DNA of 64,000 nucleotides from contig CAWJEM010000011.1 in NCBI GenBank assembly GCA_963841905.1, forward strand, positions 4,064 to 68,063, read 5' to 3'. The number at the start of each line of letters is the position of its first letter. The first letter of the stretch is position 1. Of this stretch, positions 28,161-38,142 are shown in pieces. The translations under genes and the position numbers were made by a program. Under the pieces are notes generated by a model. The model worked only from the letters and a program-made list of their open reading frames with translations, made no database searches and was not told the origin of the DNA. This stretch comes from an uncultured Acidobacteriota bacterium (GTDB lineage: Bacteria; Acidobacteriota; Vicinamibacteria; Vicinamibacterales; UBA2999).

Positions 28161-29057
28161 ATGCCGCAGCCCATCAGAAAGGCCGTCTTCCCCGCCGCTG
28201 GTCTCGGAACGCGATTCCTCCCCGCAACGAAAGCCCAACCAAAGGAGATGCTGCCGCTCGTCGACAAGCCCACCATTCAATACGGTGTCGAGGAGGCGGT
28301 GGCTTCGGGTGTCTCCAATCTGATTCTGGTGACCGGCCGCGGCAAGAACGCGATTGAAGATCACTTCGACGTCTCGTCCGAGCTCGAAGCGCTGCTCGAG
28401 CGTCGTGGCAAGACCGATCTCCTCAATGAGATTCGACAGATCTCCAACCTCATCAACGTCGGCTACGTGCGACAGGGCGAGCCACTGGGACTGGGACACG
28501 CCGTACTGGTGACCAAGGCGTTGGTTGGCAATGAGCCGTTTGCCGTCGTCCTGGGGGATGATGTGATCGACGCGAGTCCGCCGGCACTGCAGCAGATGAT
28601 CGAGGTCTACAACCGATTGGACGCCCCGGTGCTCGCGGTCGAGCGCGTCCCTGAATCCGACGTGTCAAACTACGGGATCGTCGACGTCGATCCCGCCGAG
28701 TCGCTGGGACCCACTGTTCATCGCGTGCGCGACCTGGTTGAGAAGCCGCCGCGCTCGGAGGCGCCATCCAACCTCGCGATCATTGGCCGCTACCTGTTGA
28801 CACCCGACATTTATCCCGCGCTCGAGGCGACATCTGAAGATCGGACCGGCGAGATTCAGCTGACCAACGGGCTTCGCCGCCTGCTGAAGTCGAGACCGAT
28901 CTACACCTGCGAAATCTCAGGCGTCAGGCACGACACCGGCAACAAGCTGGGCTACCTGAAAGCGATGGTTTACTTCGCGCTGCGACGACCTGACCTCGCC
29001 GAGCCCTTCCGAGAGTACCTGGAAAGCCTCGATCTCGGGACGCCAGTCAAACGATAG
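28161..29057 (+). CDS. galU: UTP--glucose-1-phosphate uridylyltransferase
   Basis: The N-terminus is [41 protein letters not shown]. Confidence 0.9.
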   Translation: MPQPIRKAVFPAAGLGTRFLPATKAQPKEMLPLVDKPTIQYGVEEAVASGVSNLILVTGRGKNAIEDHFDVSSELEALLERRGKTDLLNEIRQISNLINVGYVRQGEPLGLGHAVLVTKALVGNEPFAVVLGDDVIDASPPALQQMIEVYNRLDAPVLAVERVPESDVSNYGIVDVDPAESLGPTVHRVRDLVEKPPRSEAPSNLAIIGRYLLTPDIYPALEATSEDRTGEIQLTNGLRRLLKSRPIYTCEISGVRHDTGNKLGYLKAMVYFALRRPDLAEPFREYLESLDLGTPVKR

Positions 29058-29080
29058 AAGACAGAAACACGGACGATAGC

Positions 29081-29104
29081 CACGAAGAACACGAAGCCAC
29101 GAAG
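29081..29104. repeat. Word array W-J: 3 x CACGAAG, single-armed
   Basis: CACGAAG occurs at 29081, 29090 and 29098, between convergent galU and the zinc-ribbon gene. Confidence 0.8.
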
Positions 29105-29109
29105 ATGAC

Positions 29110-29490
29110 TCACGACGTCGCTGGCGGTTTGGATTCCGGCCTCGACTCACTCTTCGACTCGCTCTTCGAGTCGCTCTTTGTGACAGCTTTGGTCTCGCCC
29201 TTGCCTTCGCTCGACGACTCGCTCGTGGAGGCGGTCTTCGATTCGCCGCTGGCAGCGTCGCCTGATTTATCGGACTTGTCGCCCGTGCCGGCACCGTCGC
29301 TCTTGCCCGCACGTGCATAGTCGGTGATGTACCATCCCGAACCCTTGAACTGGATCGCCGGCGATGAGATCAGCTTCTGAACCGGCCCCGCACCGCACTT
29401 CACGCACGTGGCAATCGGGGCATCCGAAAACTTCTGAATCAGCTCGAAACGATGGCCGCACGCGTCGCACTGATATTCGTAGATTGGCAA
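29110..29490 (-). CDS. FmdB-family putative regulatory zinc-ribbon protein with a low-complexity Ser/Lys/Glu tail
   Basis: The N-terminus is MPIYEYQCDACGHRFELIQKFSDAPIATCVKCG. Confidence 0.8.
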   Translation of the reverse strand: MPIYEYQCDACGHRFELIQKFSDAPIATCVKCGAGPVQKLISSPAIQFKGSGWYITDYARAGKSDGAGTGDKSDKSGDAASGESKTASTSESSSEGKGETKAVTKSDSKSESKSESRPESKPPATS

Positions 29491-29495
29491 CGCCG

Positions 29496-31181
29496 TTACT
29501 CGAGCACGGCGTCGGCCGCGCGAGCGCTCTGGCCGTCGCCCGTTCCGCCTAGCATCAAGCGCCGCAGCGCCCAGAGCGGCGCGGATCCGTGCGACAACAG
29601 CGTGTCATGAAAGGCGCGCAGTGACGGCTTGCCGCCTTGCTGCTCCTGCCAGTCGCGGCGCAGCTTGAGGAGCCCCAATTTTCCGGCGCTGTACACCAGA
29701 TAAGTGGGGTCGAAGGTGCCGCGCTCGGCTTCGCGACGCGCGCTCGACTCCTCGAGAAACGCTTCGTCGCGGAAGAACCGCATCCCCTGCTCGACCGACC
29801 AATCATCCGTATGCAACCGAATCCCGACCACGAACCGCGCGAGCCGGACGAGCGACTCGGCCAGTTGTCCCAGCTTCATGGTGTAGTCGCGACCACCAAA
29901 CCCCGCTTCGAGCATCATCTGTTCGCAGTAATGCGCCCACCCCTCGAGATACGACGAAGGCGCAAACAGCGTCGAGCGGCGCACTTTCGATTCCACGTTG
30001 CGGAGGTGCTGGAAATGCAGGAAGTGACCGGGAAATACCTCGTGGATCGAGATTGTCCACAGCGTCGGGATATTGAAGTCGCGCAGATGCTCCAGTTGAC
30101 GGTCGCGCGGCCACGACGGATCGGCGTCCGTGAGGTAATACATGGCCCGCGACGCGCGCGTCTCGAACGGACCCGGCGTCCACATGCTGGCAAACGACCA
30201 TCGGAAGAACTCGGGGGTCGCGGCGACTTCGACCGTCGCGTCGGATGGCAGCGAGACGATGGCGTTGCGCTGCAGAAAGGTCTGGAGCTCACCGAGTTGC
30301 TCGCGCGCAGTCGCGAGCAGCTGGCCCGGTTCCGGCTGCGTCTGCTGCTTGGCTTTGCGCCACGATTCGACGGGGTCGCCGCCGTTCAGGCGACCCGCGA
30401 GCGTTCGGAATTCCTCCTGCGTCGCATGAAGCTCGCGTTCAGCGATCGCGAGCAGCCGATCGATGGGGGCCGAAATGCCCTCCTCCAGGCGCAGCTTCTG
30501 TTCGAAGTTGTCGCGTCCGAGACGAAACGAGGCCTTGGCCCTCGGACGCACATCGTTCTCGAGATAGTCGACGTACTCACCAATGGATTCGACCGCCTCC
30601 GTTGAAGCGTCGGCGAGATCAGCGAGGAGGTGGAGGTCGTCCAGGCTGTGAAACGCGCGCGGCAGATCGGTATTGATGAACGACATCACGCCGCGCAGGG
30701 TGTCGAGTCCGACCTTAACGAAAATCGCCGGCGGCTCCTTGACGTTGTCCCGAGCGGCCTGAATGAGTCGGGGTGTTTGTCGCAGCTTGGACAGGATGCG
30801 GCGGGCACGTTCCTGCTCAGGGGCGTAATCGAAAATGGCCTGCGCGGCGAGGCTCGACGCGATGACGTCCCCGTACACCTGGGGATTGCGTTCCCACGAT
30901 CGCGTCCCTTCAAGATCGAACTGTCGGGCGCGAATGTTCGACGCCACGATGGCGTGTTCCACTTGCTCGGTCTCTGGTAGCGGCGCGACCGGAATGGCAT
31001 CGAGTCGGCGGGCAAACCCTGCCAGTGCACTCAGATGCGAGTCGATCGCCGGGCGGCGGAAGTCCTCGAGCAGGTCGTCGTGAAGATGAACACCGTCCAG
31101 CGTCGCGCTGGTCGGATGGGCCTCATAGAGGTAGTTCAGGTAGTCGTCGACAAAGTGCGGGAAGGGTTCGGCAGCGTGCAT
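29496..31181 (-). CDS. DUF885 family protein (metallopeptidase-like)
   Basis: 561 aa, containing ..WTISIHEVFPGHFLHFQH... Confidence 0.7.
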   Translation of the reverse strand: MHAAEPFPHFVDDYLNYLYEAHPTSATLDGVHLHDDLLEDFRRPAIDSHLSALAGFARRLDAIPVAPLPETEQVEHAIVASNIRARQFDLEGTRSWERNPQVYGDVIASSLAAQAIFDYAPEQERARRILSKLRQTPRLIQAARDNVKEPPAIFVKVGLDTLRGVMSFINTDLPRAFHSLDDLHLLADLADASTEAVESIGEYVDYLENDVRPRAKASFRLGRDNFEQKLRLEEGISAPIDRLLAIAERELHATQEEFRTLAGRLNGGDPVESWRKAKQQTQPEPGQLLATAREQLGELQTFLQRNAIVSLPSDATVEVAATPEFFRWSFASMWTPGPFETRASRAMYYLTDADPSWPRDRQLEHLRDFNIPTLWTISIHEVFPGHFLHFQHLRNVESKVRRSTLFAPSSYLEGWAHYCEQMMLEAGFGGRDYTMKLGQLAESLVRLARFVVGIRLHTDDWSVEQGMRFFRDEAFLEESSARREAERGTFDPTYLVYSAGKLGLLKLRRDWQEQQGGKPSLRAFHDTLLSHGSAPLWALRRLMLGGTGDGQSARAADAVLE

Positions 31182-31265
31182 GTGTCTTCGAGCAAGCCAG
31201 ATCCTCGGTCCAAGCCGGCTCAGCCGGCATTGGGTGAACTACCAATCGTACAATAAAATCCGCCC

Positions 31266-32127
31266 ATGAAGGGCCCCGAGTCGGGGACGCTCTTCGTCGT
31301 CGCCACCCCGATCGGCAACCTCGAGGACATCACGCTTCGCGCCTTGCGGGTGTTCCGAGAAGTGGCGGTGGTGGCGGCGGAGGATACCCGTCGCAGCGGT
31401 AACCTGCTGCGACACTATGACATACGGACGCCTCTCGTCAGCCTTCACGAGCACAACGAGCATCGGCGACGCGTTCAACTGGTCGCTCGTCTCAAGGCGG
31501 GGGAGTCTATAGCCCTCGTTACTGACGCCGGAACACCGGGCATTTCCGATCCGGGCGCGAGCTTCGTGCGGGCTGCGCGGGATGCGGGCATCAGGGTCGA
31601 ACCGGTGCCTGGGCCAAGTGCTGTCACCGCAACGATGAGCGTAGCCGGCGTCGAGTCCCAAGGATTTGTGTTCCTTGGATTTCTCCCGACTAGGTCAAAA
31701 GCCCGTAAGCCCGTGCTTGCTCGTCTGGTTGAGTTCCCAACGCTCTCGTACATTTGCTTCGAGGCTCCTCATCGCCTCCGGAAGACTCTTCGTGAGCTGC
31801 ATTCTATTTTGGGCAATCGCCAGATTTTTATGGCTCGTGAACTCACCAAGGTTCACGAACAGTGGATGGAGGGCCCGCTGGAGAGACTCGAAGCCGAAAT
31901 TGGCGACCCAAGAGGCGAATTCGTCATAGTCATTCCCCCGAGGTCTGTCGATTCGACCCCCGCTGGCGACCTGACTGATAACGAAGTCAATGCGTTATTT
32001 GGTCAAATAACAGAAACTAACAGCAGGTGGACGACGGGCCAGCATCAGAGAATTGGCTCGTCGGACTGGACGATCGCAGAGGGACGTTTACGCGGCCCTG
32101 GAGAGAGCCAAATTATATGGCAAATAA
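31266..32127 (+). CDS. rsmI: 16S rRNA (cytidine1402-2'-O)-methyltransferase RsmI; apparent 1-nt insertion at ~32022
   Basis: The N-terminus is GTLFVVATPIGNLEDITLRALRVFREV..AAEDTRRSGNLL. After ..FGQITETN the family-typical tail AGGRRASIRELARRTGRSQRDVYAALERAKLYGK* is in the +1 frame, with its stop at 32125-32127. Confidence 0.8.
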
Positions 32128-32227
32128 CCTAGAGCACGTTTGATCTGACCGCCGTCTTGACCAGAGAAAATCTGCTTCCGACAGCTCTCACCGCTCACGC
32201 CAAAACCCCACGGACAATCGCGAACGC

Positions 32228-32406
32228 TTGTATGCCGCCACGTTGGCACTGAATGCCGGCGACCTGGAAGAGGCAGTAACCCTGAACTCGCGATACGCTA
32301 TCTGGCACAGGCGATCGAGGCCAACCCGGAGAACGTTCGCTCGCACGGGTCGATTCCGATCTCGACGCTCTCCGCGGCGGCTGGTTTCACCACGCTGCTC
32401 TCGTAA
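32228..32406 (+). pseudogene. Possible decayed TPR-protein remnant
   Basis: TPR-like strings occur in two different frames: LYAATLALNAGDLEEAV, then LAIRYLAQAIEANPENVR..GFTTLLS*. There is no credible start and no intact ORF. Confidence 0.3.
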
Positions 32407-32441
32407 GACCACTCGGGTTTGGAACGCCCGATCTCCAGCAC

Positions 32442-33866
32442 ATGGCCGACCTTCACGTCGTCATTCTGGCTGCCGGCAGAGGCACTCGCATGAAGTCCGA
32501 GTTGCCGAAGGTGCTGCATCGAGTCGCGGGCCGCGCGTTGATCGATCGCGTCGTCGATACCGCCGGTTCGCTGGCGCCTCACTCGACGACTGTCGTCGTA
32601 GGTCATGGTGCCGACCTCGTGCGATCTCACCTCGCAGGAAGGGCCAATACCCACTTCGTGGTGCAAGAACCCCAGTTGGGGACGGGGCATGCGCTCCTTC
32701 AAACCGCGCCGCTGCTTTCGGGCAAGAGTGGGACCGTCGTCCTCCTCTCGGGGGATGTTCCGCTTCTTTCACGGCAGGCCCTACGCGGGCTGGTCGACAC
32801 TCATCACGAGGCAAACGCCGCCGCGACGGTTCTGACGGCGGTTGCCCCGCGTCCGTTCGGGTACGGTCGCATCGTCCGGTCGCAGGGTCGAATCGTACGC
32901 ATCGTCGAGGAGCAGGACGCCTCCCCCGTACAGCGAAAGATCACCGAGATCAATTCGGGCATCTACGCCTTCGCGCTGGAGTCTTTGTTCGGGGCCCTCG
33001 ACAAGGTGGCCTCTCACAATGCGCAGGGAGAGTACTACCTGCCGGACCTGGTCGCGATTTACCGACGGCGGCGGCGCGTCGTCACCACGTTCAGCGTGGC
33101 GGATCCGGTTGAGATTCGTGGAATCAACAGTCGAACAGAACTTGCTGAGGTAAGCCTGATGGTGCGACAGCAGAAGAACGAAGAGCTCATGGCGGCCGGC
33201 GTCACGTTGATCGATCCGGCGACCACCTACATCGACTCCGATGTGGTCATCGGGCCCGATACGGTCGTCTATCCGTGCGTGTTCATCGAAGGCACGACAC
33301 AAATTGGAGCCGCCTGCGAGATTCACTCGGGAAGCCGGATCGTCAACTCGACCATTGGAGATCGCGCCATCATTCGCAACCACACGGTGATCTCGGATGC
33401 GATCGTCTCCGAAGGCGCGTCGGTCGGCCCGTTTGCGCACCTCCGACCCGGCGCCAATCTGGGCGAGAAGGCGCGGGTGGGTAACTTCGTGGAGCTGAAG
33501 AAGACGACCATGGGCGCTGGCAGCAAGGCAAATCACCTGGCGTATCTCGGGGACACCACCATTGGCGCCGAAGTCAACGTCGGCGCTGGGACGATCACCT
33601 GCAACTACGACGGCGCCGCCAAGCACCAGACGGTCATTGGAGACGGCGCTTTTATCGGCAGCAACTCGACGTTGGTCGCCCCGGTTACGATTGGTCGGGA
33701 AGCTTATGTGGCGGCCGGCTCCGCCATCACGACCGATGTCCCCCCGGGCTCGCTCGGAATCGGACGCGCAAGACAGGAAAACAAAGAGGGGTGGGTCGAG
33801 GCGCGACGGGATAAAGTAACAAGTTCAAAGTCCAAAGTGCAAAGTCCCGATACATCGGCAGAGTAG
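32442..33866 (+). CDS. glmU: Bifunctional UDP-N-acetylglucosamine pyrophosphorylase / glucosamine-1-phosphate N-acetyltransferase
   Basis: The N-terminal motif VILAAGRGTRM and C-terminal left-handed beta-helix hexapeptide repeats are present. Length is 474 aa. Confidence 0.9.
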   Translation: MADLHVVILAAGRGTRMKSELPKVLHRVAGRALIDRVVDTAGSLAPHSTTVVVGHGADLVRSHLAGRANTHFVVQEPQLGTGHALLQTAPLLSGKSGTVVLLSGDVPLLSRQALRGLVDTHHEANAAATVLTAVAPRPFGYGRIVRSQGRIVRIVEEQDASPVQRKITEINSGIYAFALESLFGALDKVASHNAQGEYYLPDLVAIYRRRRRVVTTFSVADPVEIRGINSRTELAEVSLMVRQQKNEELMAAGVTLIDPATTYIDSDVVIGPDTVVYPCVFIEGTTQIGAACEIHSGSRIVNSTIGDRAIIRNHTVISDAIVSEGASVGPFAHLRPGANLGEKARVGNFVELKKTTMGAGSKANHLAYLGDTTIGAEVNVGAGTITCNYDGAAKHQTVIGDGAFIGSNSTLVAPVTIGREAYVAAGSAITTDVPPGSLGIGRARQENKEGWVEARRDKVTSSKSKVQSPDTSAE

Positions 33867-33934
33867 TGTTCATCCATTTCATGGCTTCATTCCGGACGCT
33901 TCACTTTGAACTTGTAACTTGTAACTTGTAACTC
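33814..33934. repeat. Word array W-K: CAAAGT-type words versus 3 x ACTTGTA, with a 13-bp perfect long-range stem
   Basis: ACAAGTTCAAAGT (33819-33831) pairs with ACTTTGAACTTGT (33903-33915). (ACTTGTA)x3 lies at 33910-33930. The left arm lies in the last codons of glmU. Confidence 0.85.
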
Positions 33935-33943
33935 ACCAAAACC

Positions 33944-35788
33944 ATGTGCGGCATCATCGGTTACATCGGGCCCAAGCCGGTCGTTCCTGTGCTGATCGAA
34001 GGACTGCGCCGGCTCGAATACCGCGGCTACGACTCCGCCGGGCTGGCGGTAGTCAATGGCCACGGCATCGATGTCCGTCGGAGCGCGGGCAAGCTGCACA
34101 AGCTCGAAGAGGTCCTTGCAACCGATCCGCTGTCTGGTGTGTACGGGCTCGGCCACACACGATGGGCCACACATGGACGGCCCACTGAGGAGAACGCTCA
34201 CCCGCATCGCGACTGCACCGGCAAGATCGTGGTCGTTCACAACGGCATCATCGAGAACTATCTCGAGCTGAAGCGCGCGCTGCAGGCCCGGGGCCACCGC
34301 TTCGTGACCGAAACCGACACCGAGGTTGTGGCGCACCTGGTCGAGGCCGAGTGGCGAAGTGACGGGCTCGAAAGCGCCGTCCGTCGGGCGTTGAAGCAGT
34401 TGCGTGGACTGTTTGCGATTGTCCTGCTGTCGTCTGATGATCCGGAAAAGATCGTCGCCGTCCGTAATGGGCCGCCGGTCGTCGTGGGACACGGCGACAA
34501 AGAGTGGTTCGTTGCCTCCGATATTCCCGCGATCCTTCAGCACACGCGGGACGTGAGCTTTCTCGACGATCGAGAGATGGCCGTCGTCACGCGGGCAGGC
34601 GTGACGTTCACCAACCTCGACGGACAAGTCATCGACAAGCGGGCCCACCGCATCACATGGGATCCGGTACAGGCGGAAAAGGCTGGCTACAAGCACTTCA
34701 TGCTCAAAGAGATCTTCGAGCAGCCGACCGCCGTGCGCGAAACCATCCTCGGCCGAGTCTCGCAGGACACGGGCCTCGTCTTCCTCGATGAAATCTCGCT
34801 GACCGATGACGACCTGCGGTCGATCGACAAGGTCCAGCTGCTCGCGTGCGGCACATCGTGGCACGCAGGCCTCGTCGGCAAGTTTTTGATCGAGCAGCTG
34901 GCAGGCATCCCGACGGAAGTGGACTACGGGTCAGAGTTTCGGTATCGACGCCCCATCGTCAATGAACGAACGCTAACGGTGGTGATTACCCAGTCAGGCG
35001 AGACCGCCGACACACTGGCCGCGCTTCGCGAAGCAAAGACCAAGGGCGCCCGCAGCCTCGCGATCTGCAACGTTGTTGGCAGCATGGCGACGCGCGAAGC
35101 CGAAGGGACGCTGTACACGCACGCCGGACCCGAGATCGGCGTGGCCTCAACCAAGGCGTTCACCTGCCAACTTGTCGCCTTGCACCTGCTGGCGATGTAC
35201 CTGGGCCAGGTTCGCGGCACACTCGACGAGGCTCGGCGCCGCGCACTCATCGCCGAGCTCCTGGCGTTGCCGCACCTTCTCGACGAGGTCCTCCAAACGA
35301 GCAGGCAGGTGGAGGAGATTGCGGGGCGGTTCTACAACCGGAGTGATTTCCTGTTTCTGGGACGGGGGATCAACTACCCGATTGCGCTCGAAGGTGCGCT
35401 CAAGCTCAAGGAGATCTCCTACATCCACGCAGAAGGCTACCCGGCCGGCGAGATGAAGCACGGCCCAATCGCTCTCATCGACGAGCAGATGCCGGTGGTA
35501 GCGATTGCGACCGCCGATCACGTCTACGAGAAAATGCTGGGAAACATCCAGGAAGCCAAGGCGCGCGGCGGTTCGGTGATCGCAATTGCCTCCTTGGGCG
35601 ATACCACGCTCGACAGCGTGCTGGATCGCAATACTGACTCGATCATTTCACTTCCTGCGATGCCTCCGGAGCTAGCTCCCATTGCAATCGTGATCCCACT
35701 CCAGCTGATTGCCTATCACATCGCGGTGAGGCGCGGGTGTGACGTGGATCAACCGAGGAATCTCGCCAAGAGCGTCACGGTAGAATAG
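33944..35788 (+). CDS. glmS: Glutamine--fructose-6-phosphate aminotransferase
   Basis: The N-terminal nucleophile motif MCGIIGYIG and two SIS domains are present. The protein ends ..AKSVTVE. Length is 614 aa. Confidence 0.95.
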   Translation: MCGIIGYIGPKPVVPVLIEGLRRLEYRGYDSAGLAVVNGHGIDVRRSAGKLHKLEEVLATDPLSGVYGLGHTRWATHGRPTEENAHPHRDCTGKIVVVHNGIIENYLELKRALQARGHRFVTETDTEVVAHLVEAEWRSDGLESAVRRALKQLRGLFAIVLLSSDDPEKIVAVRNGPPVVVGHGDKEWFVASDIPAILQHTRDVSFLDDREMAVVTRAGVTFTNLDGQVIDKRAHRITWDPVQAEKAGYKHFMLKEIFEQPTAVRETILGRVSQDTGLVFLDEISLTDDDLRSIDKVQLLACGTSWHAGLVGKFLIEQLAGIPTEVDYGSEFRYRRPIVNERTLTVVITQSGETADTLAALREAKTKGARSLAICNVVGSMATREAEGTLYTHAGPEIGVASTKAFTCQLVALHLLAMYLGQVRGTLDEARRRALIAELLALPHLLDEVLQTSRQVEEIAGRFYNRSDFLFLGRGINYPIALEGALKLKEISYIHAEGYPAGEMKHGPIALIDEQMPVVAIATADHVYEKMLGNIQEAKARGGSVIAIASLGDTTLDSVLDRNTDSIISLPAMPPELAPIAIVIPLQLIAYHIAVRRGCDVDQPRNLAKSVTVE

Positions 35789-35789
35789 T

Positions 35790-35860
35790 CGGTGGCCAGT
35801 GGGCCAGTGGCCAGTGATCGGAGCCGCACCGACCACTGACCACCGACCACTGATCACTGG
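35790..35860. repeat. Word array W-H: GGCCAGTG words versus ACCACTG words
   Basis: The left arm is cggtGGCCAGTGGGCCAGTGGCCAGTGATCgg. The right arm is ccGACCACTGACCACCGACCACTGATCACTGG. CCAGTGATC and GATCACTGG form a 9-bp perfect pair. Confidence 0.85.
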
Positions 35861-35864
35861 CGAA

Positions 35865-38135
35865 ATGGACTTCCTCTCCAGCCTTAATCCCGAACAGCAA
35901 GCTGCCGTTCAACACACGACAGGACCGCTGCTCATCCTCGCGGGCGCGGGGTCGGGCAAGACACGCGTCATCGCGCATCGAATCGCGTACCTGGTCGCTG
36001 AGCGCCTGGCGCCCACCGGCGGCGTGCTCGCCGTGACCTTCACCAACAAGGCGGCCGCGGAAATGCGTCACCGTGTGGAGAGCCTCCTTGGAACCAACTG
36101 CCAGACGATGTGGATTTCCACGTTTCATGCCTTATGCGCTCGGCTGCTGCGTCGCGAGGCGCCCAATATCGGCCTGTCGCGCGACTTCGTCATCTACGAT
36201 TCGAGCGATCAGCAATCGGTGATCAAGCAACTGGTCAAGGAGTACGGCCTCGACGACAGCTCCTATCAACCGCGCGCCGTCCTGGGCCGTATCAGCCACG
36301 CCAAAAATCGGATGGAAGGTCCCGAAGTGTTCGAGAAGAGTTGGAATCCCCGCGATCGTGAAGTGGCGCGCCTCTTCTCGGGATACCTGCGTGCCCTCAA
36401 GGATGCCAGTGCACTCGACTTCGACGATCTGTTGCTCAAGACAGTCGACCTCTTCGAGCGCGTGCCCACGATCCGCGAGAAGTATGCGCAGCGATTCCGG
36501 TTCGTGATGGTTGACGAATATCAGGACACCAATCGACCGCAGTATCTGTTGATCAAGCAGCTCGCCAGCAGCCATCGCAACCTTGCCGTGGTTGGCGATC
36601 CGGATCAGTCGATCTACAAGTGGCGCGGTGCCGATCTTCGCAACATCCTGGATTTCGAAACCGACTTTCCCGAAGCCGTCGTCGTTCGCCTCGAACGCAA
36701 CTACCGTTCGACCCAGGTCATTCTGGACGCCGCTTCGGCGGTGATCGCCAACAATCGGAACCGTAAGGACAAGACGCTGTGGACCGACCGGAAGGGCGGG
36801 GCAAAGATCGTCTACTTCCGCGCCGCTGACGAGCTCGAAGAGGCCGACTACATCACGCGCGTGGCCCGCCAGGCGCTGGCCGACGACGTTGAGCACACGA
36901 TGGCGGTGCTGTACCGGACCAATGCGCAGTCCCGCTCGGTCGAGGATGGTCTCCGGCAGGCCAACATCGCCTACGTCGTGCTCGGTGGCGTCGGGTTCTA
37001 CGAACGCAAGGAAATCAAGGACGCGCTGTCCTACCTCAAGCTGATTCAGAATCCGTACGACGACCTGGCCTTGCGGCGCATCATCAACGTTCCAGCCCGA
37101 GGCATCGGCAAGGGGGTCATGGAGGCGCTCGAACGGGTGGATGTGGGGCAGCCCGACGGCACACTCCCGCCACTGCTCGCCGGGTTGCAGGCTGAGGTCG
37201 TCTCGAACTCCTTGTGGACCCGCCTCGTCACGGCCGTTGACGGGCGGCTCCTGAATCCACGACAGGTAGCGGCTCTCGCCGCGTTTCGGGATCTGATCGT
37301 CTCGCTTGCCGAGATGGCACGCCACGAGTCGGTCTCGATTGCTCTCGGCAAAGTGCTCGATCAGTCAGGGTATCTGCGGGATCTTCGGGAGGATCGGAGC
37401 GAAGAAGCCGAGGCACGAATTGAAAACCTGATGGAGCTCGTGTCCGCGGCGCGAGAGTACGAGACTCGCGAGGCCGAGCCCGCCCTGGCCGGGTTCGTCG
37501 ATCGACTCGCGCTTTTGTCCGACGTCGACAAGGAGCAGGGCAATCGCGAGGCGCGGGTCCTGCTGATGACATTGCACTCCGCCAAAGGCCTGGAGTTTCC
37601 AGTCGTGGTGATGGCCGGCCTCGAAGAAGGTCTGTTCCCGCACTCGCGCTCGGCCGAGGACGAGTCGGAGCTGGAGGAGGAGCGACGACTGTGCTACGTC
37701 GGTATCACTCGGGCGAGGTCCAGGCTCGTGTTGACCAGCGCCGCCCGGCGTCGCGTGTTTGGCGACTACCAGGCCACGCAGCCCTCGCGTTTTCTCGATG
37801 AGATTCCAGCCGACCTTGTGGAGCAGGAGTTTTCGACCTACACCTCACCCTACGCCAGCACGAGAGGCGGGTGGGAGTATCGCGCCAATCCGTACGGTCG
37901 TCGAGGGCGTCCGCCCCGCGCCCGCGACGAGTCCGCGACGTTCGACTACGCGCAAGAAAACCAGGCCGTGCCTGGAGGGTTGGCGGCAGGAAAGAAAGTG
38001 CGCCACGGTCAGTTCGGCGTCGGTACGGTCCTCAGCGTCGAGGAGCTGGACGACGATATGAAACTGGTGGTGCGGTTTGGATCGGTGGGAACGAAGACGT
38101 TGCGCGCTCGTTACGCCAAATTGGAGCTGGCATAG
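35865..38135 (+). CDS. uvrD: ATP-dependent DNA helicase, UvrD/PcrA family
   Basis: Starts MDFLSSLNPEQQAAVQHTTGPLLILAGAGSGKT at 35865. The ORF-track start at 35799 lies in repeat W-H. Confidence 0.9.
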   Translation: MDFLSSLNPEQQAAVQHTTGPLLILAGAGSGKTRVIAHRIAYLVAERLAPTGGVLAVTFTNKAAAEMRHRVESLLGTNCQTMWISTFHALCARLLRREAPNIGLSRDFVIYDSSDQQSVIKQLVKEYGLDDSSYQPRAVLGRISHAKNRMEGPEVFEKSWNPRDREVARLFSGYLRALKDASALDFDDLLLKTVDLFERVPTIREKYAQRFRFVMVDEYQDTNRPQYLLIKQLASSHRNLAVVGDPDQSIYKWRGADLRNILDFETDFPEAVVVRLERNYRSTQVILDAASAVIANNRNRKDKTLWTDRKGGAKIVYFRAADELEEADYITRVARQALADDVEHTMAVLYRTNAQSRSVEDGLRQANIAYVVLGGVGFYERKEIKDALSYLKLIQNPYDDLALRRIINVPARGIGKGVMEALERVDVGQPDGTLPPLLAGLQAEVVSNSLWTRLVTAVDGRLLNPRQVAALAAFRDLIVSLAEMARHESVSIALGKVLDQSGYLRDLREDRSEEAEARIENLMELVSAAREYETREAEPALAGFVDRLALLSDVDKEQGNREARVLLMTLHSAKGLEFPVVVMAGLEEGLFPHSRSAEDESELEEERRLCYVGITRARSRLVLTSAARRRVFGDYQATQPSRFLDEIPADLVEQEFSTYTSPYASTRGGWEYRANPYGRRGRPPRARDESATFDYAQENQAVPGGLAAGKKVRHGQFGVGTVLSVEELDDDMKLVVRFGSVGTKTLRARYAKLELA

Positions 38136-38142
38136 AACGCAG

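Noticed and set aside
32228-33112. A 294-aa Arg-rich plus-strand ORF overlapping glmU.
   Set aside because: It is out of frame with the clearly real glmU and has non-protein-like composition. Only its first ~60 nt contribute to the possible TPR remnant.
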